Assembly (NCBI GenBank): GCA_963796055.1 | Contig: CAWCKH010000004.1 | Span: 2,624,001-2,688,000, forward strand | Direction: 5' to 3' | DNA from: an uncultured delta proteobacterium | Lineage (GTDB): Bacteria > Myxococcota > Myxococcia > Myxococcales > Myxococcaceae | DNA length: 64,000 nucleotides | Shown: positions 1-10,353 of the stretch, piece by piece | How the letters are laid out: every line of letters starts with the position of its first letter | Numbering within the stretch: the stretch's first letter is position 1 | Made by a program: the position numbers and the translations under genes | The notes under the pieces: model-generated | Told to the model about the DNA's origin: nothing | What the model saw: the letters and a program-made list of their open reading frames with translations, nothing else | Database searches by the model: none

Positions 1-1023
1 GGCCGCGTCGCCGTGGACCTCAAGCGCGAGGAGGGCGAGCAGCTGATCAAGGCGGCCCTGGGACTCACCTTGCAGGAGGCCGAGAACGCCTTCGCCAAGG
101 CCATCGCCGACGACGACCGGCTCGACGCCAGCGACATCCAGCGGGTGATGGACGAGAAGCGGCAGGTCATCCGCAAGAGCGGGCTCCTCGAGTACTACCC
201 GGTGGACCAGTCACTGGCCGCGGTGGGCGGGCTACAGAGCCTCAAGGACTGGCTGCACCGCCGCGCCCGCGCCTTCACCGCCGAGGCCCACGCCTTCGGG
301 CTTCCCGAGCCGAAGGGCCTCCTCCTCCTCGGCGTCCAGGGCTGCGGGAAGAGCCTCACCGCCAAGGCCATCGCCTCCCAGTGGGCGCTCCCGCTGCTCC
401 GGCTGGACATGGGCCGGGTGTTCAGCGGCCTGGTGGGCTCGAGCGAGGAGAACCTCCGCCGCGCCATCCGGGTCGCGGAGAGCGCCGCGCCGGCGGTGTT
501 GTGGCTGGACGAGATCGACAAGGCGCTCTCCGGCTCGGGGTCGTCGAACGTCAGCGACGGAGGCACCACCGCCCGGGTGCTGGGCACCTTCCTCACCTGG
601 CTCCAGGAGAAGACCGCGCCGGTCTTCGTCGTCGCCACCGCCAACCGCGTCGAGGGGCTGCCGCCGGAGCTGCTCCGCAAGGGACGCTTCGACGAGATCT
701 TCTTCATCGACCTGCCCGACGCCACCGAGCGGCAGGAGATCCTCCGCATCCACCTCGCGCGACGCGGCCGCGCCCCCGAGTCATTCGACCTCGCCGGGCT
801 CGCGGCCCACGCCGAGCAGTTCAGCGGCGCCGAGCTGGAGCAGGCGGTGGTCGAGGGCCTTCACGCTGCGTTTCACGCCCGCACCCAGCTGGGCGACGTC
901 CACCTCGCCCAGGCCATCTCCGAGACCGTCCCGCTGGCAGTCACCTTGCGCGAGGAGATCTCGCGGATCCGCGACTGGGCCCGTGACCGGACCCGACCCG
1001 CCTCCCGCGCGGTGGCCCGGTGA
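1..1023 (+). CDS. AAA+ ATPase, Ycf46-like (5'-truncated by the window edge)
   Basis: Walker A GVQGCGKS, Walker [12 protein letters not shown] motif [20 protein letters not shown]; frame is open back to base 1. Confidence 0.9.
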   Translation, partial: GRVAVDLKREEGEQLIKAALGLTLQEAENAFAKAIADDDRLDASDIQRVMDEKRQVIRKSGLLEYYPVDQSLAAVGGLQSLKDWLHRRARAFTAEAHAFGLPEPKGLLLLGVQGCGKSLTAKAIASQWALPLLRLDMGRVFSGLVGSSEENLRRAIRVAESAAPAVLWLDEIDKALSGSGSSNVSDGGTTARVLGTFLTWLQEKTAPVFVVATANRVEGLPPELLRKGRFDEIFFIDLPDATERQEILRIHLARRGRAPESFDLAGLAAHAEQFSGAELEQAVVEGLHAAFHARTQLGDVHLAQAISETVPLAVTLREEISRIRDWARDRTRPASRAVAR

Positions 1024-1676
1024 AGTTCCTCACCCGGTTCCAGCGCCTCGAGCGCTCACGCGCCCGGGACGGCGCGCCCCGCCCCTCCACCGGAGACCGC
1101 TTCCAGGCCATCGAGCCGACCGCGCCGCTGCCCGACGTCCAGCCGGCAGGGCTGGAGCGATTCGCCCCACCGGTCGAGGCCCCGCTCGAGCTTCGGCCCC
1201 GCTCGGACGCGCAGCCCTTCGTCCGTTGCCCGGTCTGCAAGGTGGACTCCCCGCTCGGTTCCCGGCGCTGCCCGTGCGGAGCCGCGCTGGACACGCTGGA
1301 GGCGGTGGCGTTCAACACCGCGCTCTGGGACGCGCACCGTGCGGAGCTCGCCGGGCACGAGGCGGAGCGGAAGCGCACGCGAGAAGAGGAGCTCGAGGCA
1401 GCGCGGAAGCTCCAGCAGCAGCAGCGGGCCCTCGGCGAGGCCCTCGCCCGGGAGGTCGCCGCCCGCGAGGGAATTGCCTGGTCAGGGGTCCCGTCCAGGT
1501 TCGCCGGGGCGCTCCTCCTCCTGGGCCTCCTCGCCGTGGTGCTGCTCCCGCGCGGACCGTTCGCCCGCGGCCTCTTCGCCTTCTTCCTCGGGGCGGTCTG
1601 CGTCCGGGCGGTGGTGGCCTGGGCTCGCTCTCGTTCCGTCAGTGACCCGGGGGACCAGACCACCGTCGACCGCTGA
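1020..1676 (+). CDS. Hypothetical membrane protein with zinc-ribbon-like motif
   Basis: GTGA overlap with the AAA stop; CPVC...CPC motif, coiled coil, two C-terminal hydrophobic helices. Confidence 0.65.
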   Translation: MKFLTRFQRLERSRARDGAPRPSTGDRFQAIEPTAPLPDVQPAGLERFAPPVEAPLELRPRSDAQPFVRCPVCKVDSPLGSRRCPCGAALDTLEAVAFNTALWDAHRAELAGHEAERKRTREEELEAARKLQQQQRALGEALAREVAAREGIAWSGVPSRFAGALLLLGLLAVVLLPRGPFARGLFAFFLGAVCVRAVVAWARSRSVSDPGDQTTVDR

Positions 1677-1731
1677 GCAGGCATGGCCCCCCGCCCTCCT
1701 GCCGTTCCGGCGGGCAAGTTACAACCGCGGA

Positions 1732-1965
1732 ATGCTTGGCTTCCTGAGGCGCCGATCGGCGCGCGACGAGGAGAAGGAGGGCACCACCTGCCAGTGGTGC
1801 CGGACCATCATTCCCGCGACGACGAGCGAGGAGCTGTTCCTCGCCGGAGCCGTGCTCGATCCCGTCGCCGGATGGTTCTGCTCGACCCCGTGCGCGCAGC
1901 AGTACAGGGTGCGCTTCCGGGTCCAACCTTCCCGCACGCCCTCCGGCGGCTCGCGGGCGCGCTAG
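1732..1965 (+). CDS. Small metal-binding protein (CxxC...FCSxxC, TRASH/zf-FCS-like)
   Basis: ATG at 1732 inside ORF 1339..1965; MLGFLRRR...CQWC...FCSTPC, 77 aa. Confidence 0.6.
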   Translation: MLGFLRRRSARDEEKEGTTCQWCRTIIPATTSEELFLAGAVLDPVAGWFCSTPCAQQYRVRFRVQPSRTPSGGSRAR

Positions 1966-1972
1966 ACGCGCG

Positions 1973-3085
1973 TCAGTGCAGCGCTGCGGCGGTCGCGTCG
2001 GTCGGTGGGTTTCGCTCCGCCGCGGGCGGCTCCTCCGTGGGTGGCGTCTTGTGCAGCCGGCCCTCGATCCAGAGAGTGGTCACGGTGATCTGGATCACCG
2101 TCAGCAGCGGAGTCGCAACGATCAGCCCCAGAAGCCCGAACAGCGCCCCCATGATCGCCTGGAAGAACAGCAGCAGCGCGGGGTTCGCCTCCACCGCGCG
2201 CCGCATCACGTAAGGCTGCACCAGGTAGCCCTCGATGACGTGCACCCCGACGTAGACCCCCAGCGCCAGCAGGAAATGGTGCGGTGACTGCGAGAGCCCG
2301 ATGAGGAGTCCCGGCACCGAGCTCGACACCGCGCCCACGTAGGGAACGAACGTCCCGAAGAAGGTCAACAGCCCGAGCAGCGCCCAGCCCTCGATCCCGG
2401 CGAAGAACAGGCCCACGGCCGTCACCGAGCCCATCAGGACCATCGCCACCGCCGTCCCCCCCACCCATCCGCGGAGCCCCCGCCCGAGCCGTGTCCAGAG
2501 CTCCTCGAAGGCAGGCTCGAAGCTGCGGGGGAGCATCGAGCGGATCCCCCGTTCGTAGAGCGACGGGCAGTAGACGAGGAAGGCCGCGAGGACGACCAGG
2601 AGGACGAAGGTGGAGATCAGCTCCACCAGATGGCCCGCCGCCATCGGGGTGAGCGTCGCCACCGTCTCCACCGCCCGCGGCACCTTCTCCTTCACCATCC
2701 CGGCCACGTCCTTGCCGTTGGTGAGCTGGCGCACGGTCTTGTCCCGCTGCGCCCGACGGAGCCACGCCTCCGCCTTCCGCGTCGCGTCTGGGAGGCCGTC
2801 CAGCAGCTGCTTGCCCTGTTCGACCACCACCGGCGCGGCGAGCGCCACCATTCCGCCCACCAAGCCAAGAGCAAGCAGCACGGTGAGCACCACCGCCAGC
2901 GCCCGGGGCATCACCCGGGAGAGCCAGGCCACCGGGAAGGAGAACATCGCGGCAAGGAGGATCGCCAGGAGGCCGAGCAGGAGGACGTTCTGGGCCTTCA
3001 CCAGCCCGGACCAGATCGCCCAGACGGCCATCAGCGACAGCGCCAGCGCGAGCGGGCGTTTCCACAGCCGCAGGCCGCGGGTCAT
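1973..3085 (-). CDS. AI-2E family transporter
   Basis: Multi-TM protein with FVPYVGA, IEGYLVQPYVM and FGLLGLIVATPL motifs. Confidence 0.9.
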   Translation of the reverse strand: MTRGLRLWKRPLALALSLMAVWAIWSGLVKAQNVLLLGLLAILLAAMFSFPVAWLSRVMPRALAVVLTVLLALGLVGGMVALAAPVVVEQGKQLLDGLPDATRKAEAWLRRAQRDKTVRQLTNGKDVAGMVKEKVPRAVETVATLTPMAAGHLVELISTFVLLVVLAAFLVYCPSLYERGIRSMLPRSFEPAFEELWTRLGRGLRGWVGGTAVAMVLMGSVTAVGLFFAGIEGWALLGLLTFFGTFVPYVGAVSSSVPGLLIGLSQSPHHFLLALGVYVGVHVIEGYLVQPYVMRRAVEANPALLLFFQAIMGALFGLLGLIVATPLLTVIQITVTTLWIEGRLHKTPPTEEPPAAERNPPTDATAAALH

Positions 3086-3227
3086 CGCTTCTCGGCGATC
3101 GGCTTGTCGAGCATGGTGCTGAGGTGCGCCTTGACGCGCCGGTCGGCAAGCGCCCTGTCGTCCGGAAGACAGGGCGGCGTGGCCCGCGGTCCCGCGAGCA
3201 GCACGGAGCGGGGAGCGGACCGCACAG

Positions 3228-4715
3228 CTACTGGTGCACGGGGAGGCCCGCCGCGCCCGGGTTGAACGCCAGCCCGCCGAAGGTGACCTGGGTCAAGGAG
3301 TTGAGCTGCACGGTGCCGTCCCCGCCCGACACCTGGACCAGGTTTCCGCTGGGGTTGGTCTGGTTGCCGGCCGAGACCACCCACAGGTTGCCCAGCTTGT
3401 CGACGGCCATCCCTCCCGGACAGGCGAAGTCTGGCAGTGCGAGCGCACTCTCCAGCGTCGGGCTGATCTGCTGGATGAAGTTCCCGCTGCAGCTGCTCAC
3501 CCACACCTTGGGCGGGTTGCTCGCGTCCACGACCACGCCGTAGGCGTCGGCCACTGATGCGCCCACTCCGTTCTCGGCGGTGCCGCCACCGGCCGGGAAG
3601 CGGAAGACGTGGCCGTTCGCCCCGGCCTGCTTCTGGGTCACCCACAGCTTCCCGGTGTCCCCGCCGTCGAAGCTGATGCCCCAGGGACAGGTCACGCTGG
3701 TGATGATCGGGGAAGGCGTGGGGTTGGCGTTGCTGCGCGAGAAGGTCGAGACCGAGTTCCCGCTGCAGCTCGCCACGGCGATGGTGTCGCCCCGGATGGC
3801 GATGCCGGTGGCGTCATTCAGGGCGACGGTCCGCGCCGCGGTGCTGCCGTCGCTGGCCAGCGTGTCCGGGGTGAACATCCGCACCCCGTCGGAGAAGGTG
3901 GCCCAGAGGTTCCCGTCGGCGTCGAAGGCGACGGCGCGTGCCCCCCCGACGCTCAGCCCGTTCTCGCTCGCGCGGTCCACCAGCAGCTGGTTCTCGGTGT
4001 AGCTGCGGATTGCACCATCGGCCGGCAGCCAGAGCCGCCCCAGCCCACCGCGGAGGGCGAAGGTCACGGTGACGATCGTCTCCTGGTTGGGCCGCACCGG
4101 GACCTGGACCGAGCGAGCCGGGGTGCCCCCGTCGAACACCACCGTCCCGTCCCAGATCCCGTCCACGATGGTGCCCGGGACGGCGATGCCCGCGTCGGCG
4201 GTGATGAGGTAGGTGCCCGCGTCGATGATCTTGCTGTGAAGCTTCGTGGGGCCGCTGGCGACAAAGGTCACCGTGTTTCCCGCGGTGGGGTCGGTGATGG
4301 CCACCGAGCCGACCGCCCCTCCGGGGTCGATGCCCATGGCGATGCGGCCGTGCGTCGACGGCAACACTTGTATTGCGGCAGTGGCGGGCTGGGTCGTTCC
4401 TGCCACGGTGGCCGTGGCGGTGATGACCACGTTCCCGCCTCCGGTCCCGAGATCGAACGGGGCGAAGGTCACCGTCGACCCGCTGCTCGGGCCGAGCACC
4501 CCCGCGTCGCCGCTGAGCACGGCCCAGGCGACGCTCCCGGTCAGGTCGCCGTTCTGGGGCACGGCCTGGAGGGTGATCCGGTCCGCGCCCGTCTCCACGC
4601 TCACCGTCGCCGGGGAGATGGTGAGCTTCGGGCCGACGTTCTGGATGGGCCCCTCGTCGGTGCAGGCGATGGCGAGGGCAACGGGGGCAAGGAACACCAC
4701 GAGCGGGATGCGCAT
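3228..4715 (-). CDS. Lipoprotein with Ig-like N-terminal region and NHL/SMP-30-like beta-propeller
   Basis: Likely start MRIPLVVFLAPVALAIAC (lipobox); repeats AVAFDADGNLWA, GMAVDKLGNLWV. Confidence 0.75.
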   Translation of the reverse strand: MRIPLVVFLAPVALAIACTDEGPIQNVGPKLTISPATVSVETGADRITLQAVPQNGDLTGSVAWAVLSGDAGVLGPSSGSTVTFAPFDLGTGGGNVVITATATVAGTTQPATAAIQVLPSTHGRIAMGIDPGGAVGSVAITDPTAGNTVTFVASGPTKLHSKIIDAGTYLITADAGIAVPGTIVDGIWDGTVVFDGGTPARSVQVPVRPNQETIVTVTFALRGGLGRLWLPADGAIRSYTENQLLVDRASENGLSVGGARAVAFDADGNLWATFSDGVRMFTPDTLASDGSTAARTVALNDATGIAIRGDTIAVASCSGNSVSTFSRSNANPTPSPIITSVTCPWGISFDGGDTGKLWVTQKQAGANGHVFRFPAGGGTAENGVGASVADAYGVVVDASNPPKVWVSSCSGNFIQQISPTLESALALPDFACPGGMAVDKLGNLWVVSAGNQTNPSGNLVQVSGGDGTVQLNSLTQVTFGGLAFNPGAAGLPVHQ

Positions 4716-4767
4716 TCGGTCTCTCGTTCGGGGGGAGACCCGACGACACCGCCTTTCGGCACCCGCG

Positions 4768-5928
4768 TCAACGTTTGGGCACGGGTGCGCCGCTTCCCAC
4801 ACGGAACCGGGCGCCGAACGCGGGCGCGAGCACCGACACCATGCCGGCGACGGCCCGTGGCCAACCGTGCGCGGCGACCAGGTGGGCGCGTCCGGCCTGT
4901 CCGAGCGAGGCAGCGAGCTCCGGTGTCTCGAGCAGCCGCTGGATGGCCATGGCCAGCGCCGCCGGCGACGCAGGCGGCACCAGGAGGCCGGTCACCCCGT
5001 CGCGCACCAGCTCCGGGATGGCACCGACCCGCGTCGCCACCACTGGCCGCCCGCGCGCCAGCGGTTCGGCAGCAGCGAGACAGAAGGCCTCCTCCCAGCG
5101 CGACGGCACGACGCACACGTCGGCGGCGGCGACGCACTCGGCGGCATCCGGGCGCGGTCCGGCGAGTCGAACCCGCGCACCCGTCCGGAGCCGTCCCCGC
5201 AGCGCCTCGAGCCGTGGCCGCTCCGGTCCGTCACCGAAGACGAGCACGTCCACGTCGCCGGGCAACGCGTCCGCCGCCTCGAGGAGATCGACGAACCCCT
5301 TCTCCTCCGTGAGGCGCCCCGCGGCGGCGACCAGTCGCCGTCCGGGCAACAGGCCGAGCCTCGCGCGCACCTCGCCCCGCGGCCGCAGCGCCTCGGGAAT
5401 CGACACCGGATTCGGCACCAGGTGGATGCGGGAGGAAGGAACGCCGCCCGCGGTGCGCTGGCGGCCGGCGACGTACGCGCTCACTGCCACCACCGCATCC
5501 GCCGCCGCCCACGGCAGCCGCGTCGCGAGCCGCTTGGCCTGGCCGCCCACCCCCCGCCGCACCTGCCGGGCGCCGGAGCTGTGATCGTGCACCACCACCC
5601 GGCGCACCCCGGCAGCGTGCAGCAGGGCGTATGCCGGCGAGACCACGGGACGGTCGATGAGCCACACCGCGCGCACGTGCTCCCGCCGGACGAGGTCCAC
5701 CGCGGCGCGGACCGACCGGGCCGTGGCGAGCGACAGTTCGAGGCCCACCGGCTCGGCCGCGCTCCCGACCAGCGCCTCGGGGCGGGTGTCGAGGACCGGG
5801 TAGGCGACGCGGGTGCGGATGCCGGCCGGGGCAAGCGCGTTGGCCACCTCGGCGAACATCCGGCCGATGAAGGTCCACGCGTACCCGGTGCTGGCCGGGA
5901 AGTTCGCGACGCAGAGGAGGCTGTCCAC
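4768..5928 (-). CDS. Glycosyltransferase family 4 (GT-B)
   Basis: GRLTEEKG, VVPSRWEEAFCLAAAEPLARGRPVVATRVGAIPELV motifs. Confidence 0.9.
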   Translation of the reverse strand: MDSLLCVANFPASTGYAWTFIGRMFAEVANALAPAGIRTRVAYPVLDTRPEALVGSAAEPVGLELSLATARSVRAAVDLVRREHVRAVWLIDRPVVSPAYALLHAAGVRRVVVHDHSSGARQVRRGVGGQAKRLATRLPWAAADAVVAVSAYVAGRQRTAGGVPSSRIHLVPNPVSIPEALRPRGEVRARLGLLPGRRLVAAAGRLTEEKGFVDLLEAADALPGDVDVLVFGDGPERPRLEALRGRLRTGARVRLAGPRPDAAECVAAADVCVVPSRWEEAFCLAAAEPLARGRPVVATRVGAIPELVRDGVTGLLVPPASPAALAMAIQRLLETPELAASLGQAGRAHLVAAHGWPRAVAGMVSVLAPAFGARFRVGSGAPVPKR

Positions 5929-6075
5929 GGGTGCACCAACCTAGGGAGCACCCAGCGTCCGTGCCGGGGCACGGTCCGCCGGCTGACAGCCCGTGCTCCG
6001 GGGGCCTTGCCGCACGGCCCGGCCGACCTAGCTTGGCGCAGCGTGACGGGCGTGCTGACGGTCTGGTCGAGGGGC

Positions 6076-6624
6076 ATGGCACAGCAGCATGGACGGAAGC
6101 AGGCCTGGGTCCGTCATCAGGCGACGTCCTGGCTGCACCGGCTCGGCCTCTACTCCGACCTCCGGATCTTCGATGCCAGCCGCGTGCTCCGCCTGGTGTT
6201 CGTCTGTGCCGGGAACGTGTGCCGGAGCCGGTACGCCGAGGCGCGCGCCAGGGCGCTGGGGTTCGAGTCCGGCTCGTTCGGGCTGAGCGCGGATGGGCGG
6301 TCGCCGCCAGATGCCGCGGCGGTACGCGCCGCCCGGCGCCGGGGGATCGAGCTGCTCCCGCGCGCCTCGCGCCAGGCGAAGGACGTCCGACCGACCGCGG
6401 GCGACCTCCTGGTGGCGATGGAGCCGCACCAGGCCCGGGCGCTGAAGCGGGCGCATCCGCGGGCCCAGGTCGCCCTGCTCGGCCTCTGGTGCCGCTCCCC
6501 GCGCCCGGTGCTCGCCGATCCCTACGGCCTCCCGGACGCGTACTTCGACACCTGCTTCGGCTGCATCGACGAGGCGGTGGAAGCGCTGATCCAGACCGTG
6601 GAGCTCGGGCGTGCGGAGGGTTGA
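6076..6624 (+). CDS. Low-molecular-weight protein tyrosine phosphatase
   Basis: P-loop FVCAGNVCRS and DPY general-acid motif; ATG at 6076 within ORF 4246..6624. Confidence 0.85.
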   Translation: MAQQHGRKQAWVRHQATSWLHRLGLYSDLRIFDASRVLRLVFVCAGNVCRSRYAEARARALGFESGSFGLSADGRSPPDAAAVRAARRRGIELLPRASRQAKDVRPTAGDLLVAMEPHQARALKRAHPRAQVALLGLWCRSPRPVLADPYGLPDAYFDTCFGCIDEAVEALIQTVELGRAEG

Positions 6625-8924
6625 CCGCGAGGGCGTCCCGGTCCTCGTTCCCCAGGCGGGGTCACTCGGGTCGGTCGCGGTCATTCGATCGCTCGGGCGT
6701 GCGGGCTACCCCGTGCATGCCTGCGCCGAGTCCGCTGGCGCGCTCGGCCTCCACTCGCGCTTCGTGCGCAGCGCACGGGTCCAGCCGCCCCCTGCCTCGC
6801 CGGAGTTCGTCCCCTGGGTCCGCGATACGGTGCGGGCGCTCGGCATCGGCGCCATCGTGCCCTCCGAGTCCTTCCTCCTCGGGCTCCGTCCCGCGCTCGG
6901 CGAGTTCCGGCACCTCTTGCCGTTCTTCGACCCGTCGCTGCTCGAGCTGGCCTTCAGCAAGGCGGATCTCGGTCTCGGCCCTGGAGGGGGATCCGCGCCT
7001 TCCGCCGAGCCTGGTGGTCGAGGGCGAGGTGCCATCCCTGGAGCAGCTCGACCGCCTCGGTCGCCCACTGTGGCTGAAGGCCGACGGGGTACACGGGCGG
7101 GCCGGCGCGCCGAGCCGCGTGCTCCGGGTCGAGGGGGCGGCCGAGGCCCGCGCCGAGCTGGGACGCTGGCTGCCGCACTACCGGCGGGCGCTGGTGCAGG
7201 GCCACGCGCCGGGGGTGGGCGTGGGCGTGTTTCTCTTGATGGTGAACGGACATCCAAGGGCCCGCTTCGCGCATCGGCGGATCCACGAGGTGCCGCACAC
7301 CGGCGGGGTGTCCTCCTTTCGCGAGAGCGTGCGGGTCCCCGACCTGGAGGCCCACGCGCTCTCCGTGCTGCGGCGGATCGGCTGGAACGGCGTGGCGATG
7401 CTCGAGTACCGCCGTGACCCGGCCACCGGTGATTTCCGGCTGCTGGAGCTGAACGCGCGCTTCTGGGGCTCGCTGCACCTGGCGCTGGCCGCCGGCGTCG
7501 ACTTCCCGCGGCTGCTCATCGACTGCTGGCTCGGCGGCCGCGAGCCCGAGCCGAGCTGGCGCGCCGGTGTGCAGTGCCGGCAGACGGTGCCCGGAGAGCT
7601 GAGGCACGTGTGGAGCGTGCTCCGGGACGGCGCGGTGTCACGGCGGGCCAAGCTCCGAACCGTGGCGCGCTTCGCAACCCTCTCGCTCGACCCGCGCATC
7701 CACTCGGACCTCTGGTTCCCGGGAGACCGTCAGCTGGTGGTGCGCGAGGCCGTGCGCTGGGCGCACGAGAGCGGAGCCACGCTGGCCCGGCGGATGCGCC
7801 CCAGGCTCAAGCAGTCGCTGTACGCCGGCGTGCGGGCGGCGGGGCTCTTCCGGCTCTCGCGCCTGCTGACCCGCGACGCGCTGCGCATCGTCTGCTGGCA
7901 CGGCACGTCGCTCGCCGAGGAGCACCGGGTCTTCCCGGGGCTGTTCCTCTCGCCCGACGACCTGGAGCGCCGGCTCCTCGCGCTGCACCGCTACCCTGTC
8001 TTGCCGCTCGAGGAGGCCCTCCGGCGGCTCCGTGCCGGCACCCTCCCTCCAGCCGCCGTCGCCCTGACCATCGACGATGGCTTCTTCGGGACGCTCCGCC
8101 ACACCTGGCCCGCGCTGCAGCGGCACGGCTTCCCGGCGACGCTGTACGCCACCACCTACCACGTGCAGAGCGGCACGCCGGTGTTTCGCCTCCTGGTCCA
8201 GTGGGCCTTCCAGAAGAGCAGGCAGCCGGTGCTGGACGTCTCACGGCTCGGGCTGGGGATGGTGGGCGCGGTGCGGATGGTGCCGGGTGCGGAGCGCACC
8301 GAGGCGATGTGGCGGCTGATCCGCCACGCCGAGGAGCGGCTGTCCGAGCCGGAGCGGCAGGCGCTGGCCGACCGCATCGCCGCGGCCCTCGGCGTGGACC
8401 TCGGGCCGGTGCGGGAGGGGCGCTGGCTGTCGCTGGCCAGCACCGAGGAGCTACGGGCCGCGGCGCACGAGGGGCTGGACGTGCAGCTGCACAGCCACCG
8501 CCACCGATTCCCCGCGGCACGCGAGCTGGCGCTCCGCGAGCTGCGCGACAACCGCGCGGTGCTGGCGCCGGTCACCGGGCGCCCGCTCCGCCACTTCTGC
8601 TACCCCAGCGGGTACTTCCGCCCCTCGCACCTGCCCTGGCTGGAGGAGGCCCAGGTGGAGAGCGCGACGACGTGCGATCCGGGAATGAACCGGCGCGGGG
8701 ACTCGCCGCTCACGCTCCGGCGGTTTCTGGACAGCACGGAGACGTCGCAGATCGAGTTCGAGGCAGAGCTCGCCGGGTTCTCCGAGCTGCTCCGGCAGGC
8801 CCGCGCCCTGGTGCAACGGGCCAGGGGCCGCGCCATCCGGCCGGAGGTCCCCGCTCCGCCGGGCTCGGAGCTCCCTGCCGGAACCGAGCCGGACCCACGG
8901 GCCGCGGCACACGCGGTCGCCTGA
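6611..8924 (+). CDS. ATP-grasp ligase fused to a polysaccharide deacetylase; +1 frameshift at ~6971
   Basis: N-terminus VIRSLGRAG..FSKADL (6611 frame) continues as VSALEGDPRLPPS..VAMLEYR..LELNARFWGS in the 5931 frame; C-terminal NodB-like motifs LTIDDG, HSHRH, FCYPSG. Confidence 0.8.
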
Positions 8925-8970
8925 GGTCGTCACCCCGGGGAGACGATGCCGCCGGTCACGGGGGAGCCTG

Positions 8971-9131
8971 ACAGCGGAAACCGGGCCGGTCGATCGGTCC
9001 TCGCTTGCCCTCGCGGCCGATCCCGGCGTCGCTCGTCGGTCACGAGGCTCGAGCCTCGCTCCCTCCTCGCTCCTAGGCCTCGACCGCGACTTCGGCGCGA
9101 TCATCCGGCCGACCAGCCCGGTCTCCGCTGT
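8971..9131. mobile_element. MITE/REP-like element A (161 bp)
   Basis: 27-bp imperfect terminal inverted repeats 8971-8997/9105-9131 (4 mismatches); inner arms 9011-9020/9080-9089; perfect central palindrome CGAGGCTCGAGCCTCG at 9043-9058. Confidence 0.7.
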
Positions 9132-10308
9132 GTGCCTCGGAGCGGATCCGTGCCAGCAGCACGGTCGACAGCCCGCCCATCGCCAGGCAGGAGATCCAGA
9201 GCGTCGGCGCGCCCGCGGCTCCGAGGACGCTCAGCCCCGCCCACGGCCCGAGGGTGAACCCGATGCCGAAGGTCATCGAGTAGAAGCCCATGTACTCGCC
9301 GCGCCGGGACGGCGGCGCGAGCTCCGAGACGTACGCTGCCGTGGCGGGGAAGAGGATCATCTCCCCGAACGTCCAGATCACCACCGTGGCCACGATGCCC
9401 AGGTAGCCGGTCAGAAACGCCAGGGCGCCAAAGCCCACCGTGCACAGCAGAGAGCCCACCGAGAGCGAGCGCGCCGGGCTCCAGTGCGCGCTCATCGCGT
9501 TCAGCCGCACCTCGAGGAAGACGATGAGCAAGGTGTTCACGGTGAACAGCAGTCCGAAGCTCCCGGTGGAGAACCCGAGCTGCTCCACCATCCACACCGG
9601 CAACGCCCCGTCGTGCTGGAAGAAGACCAGCAGGACCGGCAGGAGCCAGAGGATCACGTAGCGCAGCCGGCGGTCCGCGATGGCCCCCAGCGACCTCGGC
9701 GCCCCGGGGTGGGCCTCGAGCGAGTGCACCCGGAGCGGGAACAGGAGCAGCACCGCCGCGGCGGCGATCGACGTCGCCCCGTCGACCCAGAAGAGCATCT
9801 GGAACGAGTGCGCGGCGAGGAAGCCCCCGAGCGCCGGGCCCACGCTCATTCCCAGGTTGATGGCCAGCCGGTTGAGCGCATAGGCCTGCCGTCGTTGACC
9901 CGCGGGGGCCAGATCGCTCACCAGGGCGAGGGTGGCCGGGCGCATCGCCTCGGACACCGCCGAGAGCACCAGCATCCCCGCCAGCACCTGGGGCAGCGTC
10001 CGGAGGAGTGGCAAGGCCCAGAACCCGAGGCCCCCGAGGAGCAGCGACACGGTGAGGATGCGCTGGGAGCCGATCCGGTCCGCGAGCCGCCCCGCGAAGG
10101 GGGAGGTGAGGAGCGAGACGATGCCGTACACCGCGAGCGCCAGCCCCGCGTCGGCGGCGGAGAACCGGAGGTTCCGGGTGAAGTGGAGCGCCAGGAACGG
10201 GATGACCATCGTCCCGGCGCGGTTCACCAGGGTGGCCAGGGCGAGCAGCCAGCTGTCACGGGGAAGACCCGCCAGGTCCGACCAGGGATTGAGCGCACGC
10301 CAGGTCAT
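9073..10308 (-). CDS. MFS transporter
   Basis: Start MTWRALNPWSDL at 10308; motif A GRLADRIG; about 12 TM segments. Confidence 0.9.
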   Translation of the reverse strand: MTWRALNPWSDLAGLPRDSWLLALATLVNRAGTMVIPFLALHFTRNLRFSAADAGLALAVYGIVSLLTSPFAGRLADRIGSQRILTVSLLLGGLGFWALPLLRTLPQVLAGMLVLSAVSEAMRPATLALVSDLAPAGQRRQAYALNRLAINLGMSVGPALGGFLAAHSFQMLFWVDGATSIAAAAVLLLFPLRVHSLEAHPGAPRSLGAIADRRLRYVILWLLPVLLVFFQHDGALPVWMVEQLGFSTGSFGLLFTVNTLLIVFLEVRLNAMSAHWSPARSLSVGSLLCTVGFGALAFLTGYLGIVATVVIWTFGEMILFPATAAYVSELAPPSRRGEYMGFYSMTFGIGFTLGPWAGLSVLGAAGAPTLWISCLAMGGLSTVLLARIRSEAHSGDRAGRPDDRAEVAVEA

Positions 10309-10353
10309 GGAAGAAGCCGACGAAAGGAGCGGGGGTAACGTCCGCCACCAGCG

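Noticed and set aside
3151..3176. Hairpin CGCCCTGTC-GTCCGGAA-GACAGGGCG resembling the SRP RNA apical loop
   Set aside because: Lacks the flanking CAGG/GGAAGCAGC internal-loop motif and the long stem; at most a weak terminator-like hairpin.
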